Source: an uncultured Roseivirgaceae bacterium
GTDB taxonomy: Bacteria > Bacteroidota > Bacteroidia > Cytophagales > Cyclobacteriaceae
Direction of reading: 5' to 3'
Assembly (NCBI GenBank): GCA_964504565.1
Contig: CAZDEY010000007.1
Span: forward strand, 16,874-39,150
DNA: 22,277 nucleotides
Below the pieces are notes generated by a model, which was given only the letters and a program-made list of their open reading frames with translations, did no database searches and was not told where the DNA came from. Shown here one piece after another: positions 15,201 through 21,577 of this stretch (positions within the stretch are counted from its first letter, which is position 1; each line of letters opens with the position of its first letter). The position numbers were made by a program, and so were the translations under genes.

Positions 15201-17207
15201 CGTTTGCTTACCCACTTACTGACAATGGAAAGTACCGTGGGCTTGCTTAAATACGCCCCACCAACCCGTACGCTGGCGCATATTGGCTGGCTGGTGTTTA
15301 TGCCGAAATCTACGCGCGAAGCGCTGGAAGGGCAACTGACCGGTGCCGGTGAAATCTTGAAGGTATTCCCATCGGCAAACGGCTTTGCGTCGGTGCGCAA
15401 TCAGTTAGAAAAGCACTTGGTACAGTTTGCCGAGGAAACCGAACTGTTCTTAGCTGAAGAAGCCTTTGAGGCCGCCCAGTACTTATTTGAAGCCCTAAGT
15501 GGAGCCGGATTTGTAGTAGATAACTTTGCTATGCAGCTAAAAGAACAGTTTTTAGCTGACTTGAAGAAGAACGGTGGCCTAAACGCTTTCGAAAGCAGTA
15601 TTAAAAAGCTGCAGGACCAGCCCGCCGCAGCCTATAGCTTGCTAAGGCAATGGGCCGGGGCCTGGCTAGAGAGCGCAGAGGCAGAGAATTTCTGGCTCGA
15701 TGAACTGGCCAGTTTGCTATGGCCGGAACTTCGCGATACGCTACAGAATGCGGTAAATGTCAACTTGAGCGATACCATTCAGGAAATGGCCGGTGAGCAC
15801 GCGCTTATTCGGGAGCAACAATATAAGCTGGGCTATCACCAATTCTGGCACAAGCTACAGCAACACGAAAGTACGACGGTGCCACTGTATCGTCAGCTAA
15901 CCCAGGCTAAAAAGCTACTGATAAAAGAAGGGGCAGAAAACCTTCGTCTGGAAGAATTTAAGCCGCGCGTAATGAGTTCTTTCGTACGGAATAAGCTGAT
16001 AGATGAGGTTTACCTGCCACTAATCGGCGCTAACCTGGCCAAGCAAATAGGTACCGCCGGCGATACCAGCCGCGTTGACCGCCAGGGTATGCTTTTGCTG
16101 ATTTCGCCTCCGGGTTACGGTAAAACCACTTTAATGGAATACCTGGCTGATCGCCTGGGGCTTATCTTCATGAAGATTAACGGCCCGGCCATTGGCCACG
16201 ATATTACCTCTATTGACCCGAGCGAAGCTAAAAATGCCGGTGCGCGTCAAGAGTTAGAAAAGCTTAACCTAAGCTTTGAAATGGGCGACAACGTGATGAT
16301 TTATCTGGATGATATTCAGCACTGTAATCCGGAGTTTCTGCAGAAGTTTATCAGCTTGTGCGATGGGCAGCGAAAAATAGAAGGTATCTGGAAGGGTAGA
16401 AGCAAGACTTATGACTTCAGAGGTCGCCGCGTGGCGGTAGTAATGGCGGGTAACCCCTATACCGAAAGCGGCGAAAAATTCCGTATACCGGATATGCTGG
16501 CCAACCGAGCCGACATTTACAACCTAGGCGACATTCTGGGCGATAGCGATACCGCCTTCAAACTTAGTTATTTGGAAAACAGCTTTACGGCTAACCCGGC
16601 TGTGGCGCGCATTGCCACTAAAAGCCATAAAGATGCCGTAGCCATAATCAAAATGGCAATGCACGGCGAAAACCAGGCCGAAACTCCGCAGTGGGAAGCC
16701 AATCACGACCCTAGCGAAATTAGCGAGGCCGTTAGCGTACTAAAGAAGTTGCTGAAAATTCGCGATGTGGTGCTGCGCGTGAACGAGGAATATATTCATT
16801 CGGCCGGCCAGGCCGATGAATACCGTACCGAACCCGCCTTTAAGCTGCAGGGTAGCTACCGAAATATGAATAAGTTGGGTGAAAAAGTAGCCCCGGTTAT
16901 GAATGAGCAGGAACTTGATACCTTAATTCTAAGCCACTACGAAAGCGAGGCGCAGACCTTAACCACCGGTGCTGAAGCCAACTTGCTCAAGTTTAAAGAC
17001 ATGATGAACTGGCTGAGCCAGGAGGAAAAGGAACGTTGGGCCGATATAAAAGCCATTTTTAAGAAGCAGCAGCAACTAAAAGGCCTGGGCGGCAACCATA
17101 TGGCACAGCTTATGGCGCAGGTAGAAAATGTAAGCCACGCGCTGTACGGCATAAGAGCCGCACTGGCAGCGGGTTCCAAGTTGAACGGCGTGGAGAAGGA
17201 AAAATAG
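12255..17207 (+). CDS. Giant (1650 aa) protein with a C-terminal MoxR/AAA_5-class AAA+ ATPase core and a ~1250-aa beta-rich plus coiled-coil N-terminal region; function unknown
   Basis: Walker A LLISPPGYGKTTLMEYLA is at nt ~16113. The Walker-B/AAA_5 box VMIYLDDIQHCNPEFLQKFISLCDG is at nt ~16293. The sensor-1 element VAVVMAGNPY is present, as is the Arg-finger-like DMLANRADIYNLGD; these are the conserved signatures of MoxR/McrB/dynein-type AAA_5 modules. N-terminal residues ~130-560 show repeated beta-strand blocks (VLKVRPYNEKEWRYFVYN, VLFVFFNAAEGLYLLLPYNL, YSIFENGEMLFFRGDDE) that suggest a propeller-like domain. Residues ~780-1000 are coiled-coil. The ORF is uninterrupted. Confidence 0.7.
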   Translation: MSKNTIPTPEQPQDNNQLEGASYQILQKRLLDAAGSLREKLAGLNGSRKDIFGAIETKLLATERVSTEHNCVAQDMSPVGKRPVGESFIFGYNVQMGLKQEMDLADVFSIYRYEEKSFHPETLDILKQGSFAEDFKNLYKYYKETRFVKFVKQGVHLHMVFRVGKSEGDIKTFKWLLEGDSLKYIDNRSEHEIKTPAQQEFRWKKTTRDQQRAGRFPHISIEDRVFVETLGGDLTIKVEDNTEKGQGIYTEPVEFPDQTLDDAEVFYALLDNLTVLKVRPYNEKEWRYFVYNAKLQQVKRIDSLGQAALLLPDDQGLLFPDGYYLQTGEYKRFDMPEGKAMRFEKRIISPNGEDVLFVFFNAAEGLYLLLPYNLIEQEIDTPIYCHGYSIFENGEMLFFRGDDEPTRHHTIQIWQTPYVGPNYQMGQANDSYLFKIGNKEVVRAMAEANQLIGLLEKEDNYAGLYHDLIKSATALLDHYHWLGHAEAYELETPLRLVRQTANSALDEFEKVRSIKKSTEEQTGKTLSEADGLLRNIKRERPRHILDFVAQLNALRRLRGEVISLKDLRYVQLAPVEGAEQLLKDAADSVARACVRFLLQDDALQPYQQKLDELGQQVEKAPKVAELNALLEEADTLAGELEMLLEVVGNLKIEDATQTTQIIDNVSALYAGLNATRTRLRNRKKELQRAEGAAEFSAQLKLVDQSVINYLDVCDTPAKVEEYLTRVMVQLEELEGKFSEFDEFLDKLATKREEVYAAFENKKVALTEARNKRAVTLHGAGERIISAVKSRLGRFKEVNEINGYLAGDLMVEKLRGIIADLQELGDTVKSDDLKSQLQALRDESLRQLKDRKELYADGENTIKFGKWIFSVNKQPLELTTLLRPDGWYYHLTGTAYFEKIKADSLKGTEAVWQQNLVSENEQVYRAEYLAYQFLKSVREGKLETSLTELQQFTIDELLTAVQKFSAGRFDEGYVKGVHDKDAARLLTHLLTMESTVGLLKYAPPTRTLAHIGWLVFMPKSTREALEGQLTGAGEILKVFPSANGFASVRNQLEKHLVQFAEETELFLAEEAFEAAQYLFEALSGAGFVVDNFAMQLKEQFLADLKKNGGLNAFESSIKKLQDQPAAAYSLLRQWAGAWLESAEAENFWLDELASLLWPELRDTLQNAVNVNLSDTIQEMAGEHALIREQQYKLGYHQFWHKLQQHESTTVPLYRQLTQAKKLLIKEGAENLRLEEFKPRVMSSFVRNKLIDEVYLPLIGANLAKQIGTAGDTSRVDRQGMLLLISPPGYGKTTLMEYLADRLGLIFMKINGPAIGHDITSIDPSEAKNAGARQELEKLNLSFEMGDNVMIYLDDIQHCNPEFLQKFISLCDGQRKIEGIWKGRSKTYDFRGRRVAVVMAGNPYTESGEKFRIPDMLANRADIYNLGDILGDSDTAFKLSYLENSFTANPAVARIATKSHKDAVAIIKMAMHGENQAETPQWEANHDPSEISEAVSVLKKLLKIRDVVLRVNEEYIHSAGQADEYRTEPAFKLQGSYRNMNKLGEKVAPVMNEQELDTLILSHYESEAQTLTTGAEANLLKFKDMMNWLSQEEKERWADIKAIFKKQQQLKGLGGNHMAQLMAQVENVSHALYGIRAALAAGSKLNGVEKEK

Positions 17208-17214
17208 TAACTAG

Positions 17215-17694
17215 ATGAAACATTTGATTGAGTTTGACGCTGGGAAGCTTCTCCCGTTTCATTTTATTTTGGCGGGTACAATCCTCCTATTCTTTGGTGT
17301 AGTTGCCTTACTATATAGCCCCTTTGCCGGAATATTGTTTGGCTTATTAGGCTTACTTATACTTACCGCAAAAAGGGGGGTAGATATTGATTTTGCGAAA
17401 AAGATTTATCGGGAATATCACTCTTTTTATTGGATTAAAACTGGCAAGTGGTCGCCTTTTAATTCAGTGGTTAAGCTGTACATAAACCCGGTTAAGATGA
17501 GTCAGCGAATGAGCAATTTGGCTTCAAGTAGCACTATTCATAGTAATGAGTACAAGGCTTACTTGAAATTCAATAATGAAGACAAAGTATATTTGTTGTC
17601 AGGTAAAAAAATAAAAGTTTTAGAGGAAAAATTAACTCCCCTGGCAGCTAGCTTGGGTTTGAGCATAACTGATAATTCTAAGCTGTTTAGTTAA
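17215..17694 (+). CDS. Small membrane protein (2 N-terminal TM helices plus a ~105-aa cytoplasmic domain), translationally coupled to the giant ATPase gene
   Basis: The ATG lies 7 bp after the giant-gene stop. TM segments are LPFHFILAGTILLFFGVVALLY and FAGILFGLLGLLILTA. The gene is AT-rich. Confidence 0.55.
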   Translation: MKHLIEFDAGKLLPFHFILAGTILLFFGVVALLYSPFAGILFGLLGLLILTAKRGVDIDFAKKIYREYHSFYWIKTGKWSPFNSVVKLYINPVKMSQRMSNLASSSTIHSNEYKAYLKFNNEDKVYLLSGKKIKVLEEKLTPLAASLGLSITDNSKLFS

Positions 17695-17705
17695 ATTAAA
17701 TATGT

Positions 17706-18266
17706 ATGAACAAACTCTTAACCAAATTAAAATTAGTTGACTACCATGAGTTTACTCTGCCGGTAGACAAAAATCATTTGGTAAACAAACTAAAAGCTAA
17801 TGTAGACCGAGGTAGTACTTCTAATTTTCTATCAGGGCTTGAAATGTTTTCATCCAGTAAGAACGAGTATAAAGGTGAAGTGCTGGCTGATTCATTTCAT
17901 TTAAGGAAGCGACCTAAAATGTTCGATATGAACAGTATGACATCGGCTAAAGCTAAAGGTATACTAAACGAGGTTGCCAATGGAACTCAGGTAAATTTAG
18001 AAATTAATGGCTTTACTGGGCAGTTCAAGCCATTTTTGATCCTTGTGCCTATAATTTATATAATTTTCATAATAGCCTTTTTGAGTTCGGATACTTTTCC
18101 AGCATTTGGGTTAGTGTTTATACTGGTGCATGGAGTATTTATGTTAGGAATGCCCTATATGTTCATGCGAAGAAGCATTAGCCGCCTGAAGTATGATATA
18201 GAAAGAGATATGTACTATATGGTAAGAAATGATTTATCAACTTCAACCAATAAAATTCAAGCATAA
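17706..18266 (+). CDS. Membrane protein (~108-aa N-terminal soluble domain plus 2 C-terminal TM helices)
   Basis: The start is 11 bp after the previous stop. TM segments are FKPFLILVPIIYIIFIIAFLS and FPAFGLVFILVHGVFMLGMPYMF. No recognisable motif. Confidence 0.5.
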   Translation: MNKLLTKLKLVDYHEFTLPVDKNHLVNKLKANVDRGSTSNFLSGLEMFSSSKNEYKGEVLADSFHLRKRPKMFDMNSMTSAKAKGILNEVANGTQVNLEINGFTGQFKPFLILVPIIYIIFIIAFLSSDTFPAFGLVFILVHGVFMLGMPYMFMRRSISRLKYDIERDMYYMVRNDLSTSTNKIQA

Positions 18267-18270
18267 TTTT

Positions 18271-18648
18271 ATGAATGATAAAGAGAAACTATACGAAACA
18301 ATGGGCGAATTGATATTCGCGGTGGCCAAAGCCGATGGCGTAATTCATGATTCGGAAATGACCGCTTTGCAGGAAATTCTGGACAATCACCATTGGGCTA
18401 AAAATATCAGTTGGTCGTTCAACTACGAGCGCGATAAGAATACCGACCCTAACGCAGCCTACAAAAAAGTAGTGAGCTTCTGCCACAGCTATGGCCCTAC
18501 TGCCGAATACGCTGAGTTTATTGATGTAATGCAAAAGATAGCCGAAGCCAGCGGAACCGTAGAACCGGAACAGGCCAACATCATAAACTCCTTTAGCCAC
18601 GACCTAACCGAACGCTTCCGTAAGGATGTAGAAAGTAAGTTGAATTAG
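18271..18648 (+). CDS. TerB-domain (tellurite-resistance TerB / DjlA-N-like) protein, ~125 aa
   Basis: LYETMGELIFAVAKADGVIHDSEMTALQEIL matches the TerB signature (hydrophobic-AKADG-hydrophobic...E...L). The ATG at 18271 is 4 bp after the upstream stop. The ORF-track start at 18229 overlaps the upstream gene and is rejected. Confidence 0.65.
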   Translation: MNDKEKLYETMGELIFAVAKADGVIHDSEMTALQEILDNHHWAKNISWSFNYERDKNTDPNAAYKKVVSFCHSYGPTAEYAEFIDVMQKIAEASGTVEPEQANIINSFSHDLTERFRKDVESKLN

Positions 18649-18674
18649 TAGGATGACTTTTGTATCAGCCAATC

Positions 18675-19394
18675 AGTAACTAGGTTACTCAAAGTAACCT
18701 AGTTACTTGCTCTATAACCTTACTCAAAGGTATTGGTGTTTTCCCCAATTTCGTATTCCTCATGAAATTTGATGAATTCCTCTCTTCCTCCAAACCAATC
18801 TAAAACCTTTCCTCTCTCAAGCTTAGTTGACCCATTACTGATAATGCTTCGGTAAGATGAATGTTTATAGGTTTTGAAATCTTTGCCAACTTTGTGCTTA
18901 TCAGGGTTTTTATGAATGTAGGCAATAAGTGCAGAGAGATAAGAATTATCCTTAACTTCTATTCTCTTAAACGGGGTTTCAAATAAGGCTCCGGTACGTT
19001 GGTATCGTTTATTAATGGCTCGGGTATAAGCTTGAAATAGGCTGGCAAAGCCATTGCTGACGTGCCAACCTGGTTCTCTGCCAGAAGAAGGTTTGATTTC
19101 TCTAAACTTGTCTTCATCTCGTACCCTAATTAAAATATGGAAGTGATTTTGCAACAGGCAGTAAGCGTAGGTTTCTACTAGAGTGGAAAGGTATTTTTCA
19201 TAGAGTTGGAGAAAGTATTTATAGTTCTCTTCTTCAAAAAATACCGCCTGTCCATTTATCTCTCTATTGTAAATATGATAATAGCGTTCTGGCAACAAGG
19301 GTATTTTACGTATGTTCAAGCTAGGTACGTTCATAGTTTAAGTGTAACAACTGAGGGGATTAGTAACTAGGTTACTTCAAGTAACCTAATTACT
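18675..19394. mobile_element. IS200-like / REP-associated tyrosine transposase (RAYT) unit (~720 bp): one HUH-Y1 transposase gene bounded by two near-identical 33-bp palindromes (AGTAACTAGGTTACT-nnn-AGTAACCTAGTTACT)
   Basis: The left palindrome at 18675..18707 has a perfect 15-bp stem. The right palindrome at 19362..19394 has one mismatch. They sit 13 bp beyond the stop codon and 28 bp beyond the start codon of the enclosed gene, respectively. The unit is AT-rich relative to its surroundings. Confidence 0.7.
18720..19334 (-). CDS. IS200/IS605-family-like Y1 HUH transposase / REP-associated tyrosine transposase (RAYT), 204 aa
   Basis: HUH motif in LQNHFHILIRV (H-F-H followed by hydrophobics) and a catalytic-Tyr motif in SALIAYIHKNPDKHKV (Y-I-H-x-N-P), with the spacing expected for Y1 transposases. 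The flanking palindromes are as described for the mobile element. Confidence 0.7.
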   Translation of the reverse strand: MNVPSLNIRKIPLLPERYYHIYNREINGQAVFFEEENYKYFLQLYEKYLSTLVETYAYCLLQNHFHILIRVRDEDKFREIKPSSGREPGWHVSNGFASLFQAYTRAINKRYQRTGALFETPFKRIEVKDNSYLSALIAYIHKNPDKHKVGKDFKTYKHSSYRSIISNGSTKLERGKVLDWFGGREEFIKFHEEYEIGENTNTFE

Positions 19395-19574
19395 GATTAC
19401 CCGCCGAAACGAGTTACCCTGGTACCGTATTTTAACCGTTAAAATATCAGTTCAAAATTATGGAATTGGTATATATGAAAAATTTAATTTAATCTGTCTT
19501 CGAATAAACATAGCGTCAGATACACAGTTAGTTAAGTATTGAAGTTAATTTTTTTAACCTAAATTTTTATAACT

Positions 19575-20075
19575 ATGTCAGACAAAATGTATTCCCTAAA
19601 AGATCTTTTTGAACACGAGATTAAAGATCTATATAGTGCCGAAAGCCAGCTAACCGAAGCCCTGCCGAAGATGGCCGAAAAGGCTACCCACCCCGACCTG
19701 AAACAGGCCTTTGAAAGCCACCTAATGGAAACCCGCAAACAGCAGGAACGCCTGGAAAAAATAGGGCAGACCTGTGGCTTTGATGTTAAGGGCGAGAAGT
19801 GCCAGGCTATGGAAGGCCTGATTAAAGAAGGTAAAGAAGCCTTAAAAATGAAAGGTGCCGACGAGGTGCGCGATGCCGGACTAATTGCCGCCGCCCAGCG
19901 GGTAGAACACTACGAAATGGCCGGTTACGGAACTGCTAAAAATTATGCGGAGAAGCTAGGCCTTAACGACTGTGCTAAACTACTGGGTGAAACCCTGAAT
20001 GAGGAAAAAAGTGCAGACTCTAAACTTAACAGTATAGCTGTTGGTACAGTAAACCCGGCAGCTAACCGCTTATAA
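19575..20075 (+). CDS. Ferritin-like domain protein of the YciE/YciF (DUF892) stress-protein family
   Basis: LKDLFEHEIKDLYSAESQLTEALPKMAEKATHPDLKQAFESHLMETRKQQERLEKI is the canonical YciE N-terminal pattern. The size (166 aa) fits. Confidence 0.8.
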   Translation: MSDKMYSLKDLFEHEIKDLYSAESQLTEALPKMAEKATHPDLKQAFESHLMETRKQQERLEKIGQTCGFDVKGEKCQAMEGLIKEGKEALKMKGADEVRDAGLIAAAQRVEHYEMAGYGTAKNYAEKLGLNDCAKLLGETLNEEKSADSKLNSIAVGTVNPAANRL

Positions 20076-20103
20076 GCTAGTACTCAAATTTAAGCAACTA
20101 TAT

Positions 20104-20143
20104 AAAAAAAGCCCGGATATTCAATTAAGTATCCGGGCTTTTT
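20104..20143. terminator. Bidirectional rho-independent terminator (A7-GCCCGGATA-loop-TATCCGGGC-T5) between convergent genes
   Basis: A 9-bp GC-rich stem flanked by an A-run upstream and a T-run downstream. It serves the YciE-like gene (+) and the S51 gene (-). Confidence 0.8.
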
Positions 20144-20192
20144 AGTTGTAAACCTAATTGTATACTAACAAAACGATCAATGACCTGCCGGT

Positions 20193-21251
20193 TTAATCAC
20201 GAGTAAAGCTGCCCCGCTCGGCCCACCAATACTGTTGGGTGCAGCCGCTGCCGCAGCTCCAGGTAGCTAAATTAAAAGTATTGCTGCCGGCGGAAGTTCC
20301 GCTTACCCGTTGGGTAGTTACAGCCTGCCGGTTTCGGTTCCAGGTAAGGGGCGTACGGCTACTGCAAACTTCGGCACCGCCGCGGCCGCTCCCCTTTAGA
20401 AAGTATACATCGCCGGTGCCGTAAATTGTAGCAAGTCCGTTCTCATCAATACAAGCCGCAGTTTCTTCATCTACCCCAATGCCTTTTACACTGCCGGAGC
20501 CTACCCCAAAATCTTTAACCAAACGCGCCAAAAAGGCAAAATGCCGGCCAAACCTATCGCGCTCCCCGTAATGGCTATCCGTAATTATATTAGCAAGAAA
20601 AGGCATTTGCAAAAAGCCGGAGCCCAAACCGTTCATATAGCGGTGATAAGGGTCGCCTAGAGCCTCATCGGAGTAAACAGTGCCCTCGTTGGCCCCGTAG
20701 TAGTACTGACCTAAAATAGCTAAGCCGGCGCTAGTGCCGCCAATCGGTACCTTTTTAGTGTTGGCCAGATAATTTATAGCAGCTTCGGTGCGGGTGTCTT
20801 TCCAGTACCGAATATAGTCATACTGATCGCCGCCAGCTATAAATAGGGCCTCGGCATTTCGTATTTTATTCTCCACCTCAGCATTATCAGCATCGGAGCG
20901 CGAATCAATTATAATGGTTTCTACTGAATTCACATTAGCCATATTATATAGATAACTATTGTAACCGTTGGAACCCGAGGAGCGTATTACTATAATGTCG
21001 CCCCCACCGCTACGGGCTAGCATCCAGGCCATAGCCTGATCTACATCGGGCCCGCCGCCCATTAGTATTAATCCGGCTTGGGTTGCCGGGTTAACATCGG
21101 AGGCGCTGCCTACCAAGTAACTGGTTACTGTGCCCTTACCTTTTCCCTCTTTGCCCGAATCGGCGGGCGGCGAGCTACTTGGGGTTGGATCGTCTGTGCC
21201 ACAGGCAGTTGCCCAAAGCAAAAGTGCGGCAAATAAATAGTTGGTTTTCAT
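20193..21251 (-). CDS. Peptidase S51 (cyanophycinase/peptidase-E-like, class-I glutamine-amidotransferase-like fold) lipoprotein
   Basis: Signal peptide with lipobox LWATAC. The GGG...FIAGGDQ and PIGGTSAG (GxSxG nucleophile elbow) motifs are characteristic of S51 cyanophycinase-like enzymes. Confidence 0.65.
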   Translation of the reverse strand: MKTNYLFAALLLWATACGTDDPTPSSSPPADSGKEGKGKGTVTSYLVGSASDVNPATQAGLILMGGGPDVDQAMAWMLARSGGGDIIVIRSSGSNGYNSYLYNMANVNSVETIIIDSRSDADNAEVENKIRNAEALFIAGGDQYDYIRYWKDTRTEAAINYLANTKKVPIGGTSAGLAILGQYYYGANEGTVYSDEALGDPYHRYMNGLGSGFLQMPFLANIITDSHYGERDRFGRHFAFLARLVKDFGVGSGSVKGIGVDEETAACIDENGLATIYGTGDVYFLKGSGRGGAEVCSSRTPLTWNRNRQAVTTQRVSGTSAGSNTFNLATWSCGSGCTQQYWWAERGSFTRD

Positions 21252-21577
21252 GCGTGTTAATAGAAAATAACGTAGGAAAAATTTAATTTTACCCTCTTAA
21301 ATGAAGATGAGGGAAAGGGGGCAAAGATATCCCCGGCACGAAACCACTAACAGTCGAAAATAGGTTGGAGGCCCCGCAAAGACAGGAGTTTAATTAGCAG
21401 GGCAGGCGGCAGTAGTACTTCTTCGCCTGAGCGTAAAAATAGAGCGTTAAGCGAAAGAAGGGTTGCCATAGCTAAAATTTACTAAAATGTAACTAATTAG
21501 CAAACAATTGGTTAGAATATTGGTAAAAATAAGGATATACAGAAGAAAATTTTTTATAGATTTTGACGAGTAGTATT

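Noticed and set aside
13165-17179. Ten short ORFs on both strands inside the giant ATPase gene (13165, 13378, 13936, 14069, 14218, 14378, 14760, 15167, 16524, 16937)
   Set aside because: They are all embedded in a single uninterrupted 1650-codon frame that carries coherent ATPase motifs. Long GC-rich genes commonly show such alternative-frame ORFs.
12255-17207. Interpreting the giant protein as a McrB-type restriction GTPase
   Set aside because: The AAA_5-like core is compatible with McrB in principle. But there is no N-terminal DNA-binding domain, no McrC-like partner gene and no NTPase-specificity signature I could recognise. The tight coupling to membrane proteins and TerB argues against a classical McrBC. 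I leave this open rather than assert it.
18229-18270. Longer start (18229) for the TerB-domain gene
   Set aside because: It would overlap the upstream gene by 38 bp. The ATG at 18271 gives a 4-bp spacer, and the TerB motif begins shortly after it.
21252-21577. Possible small RNA or small ORF in the 325-bp gap between the S51 gene and the MBL-fold gene
   Set aside because: There is only a weak CCCTC...GAGGG hairpin and no terminator or other distinctive structure. The evidence is insufficient to call a feature.
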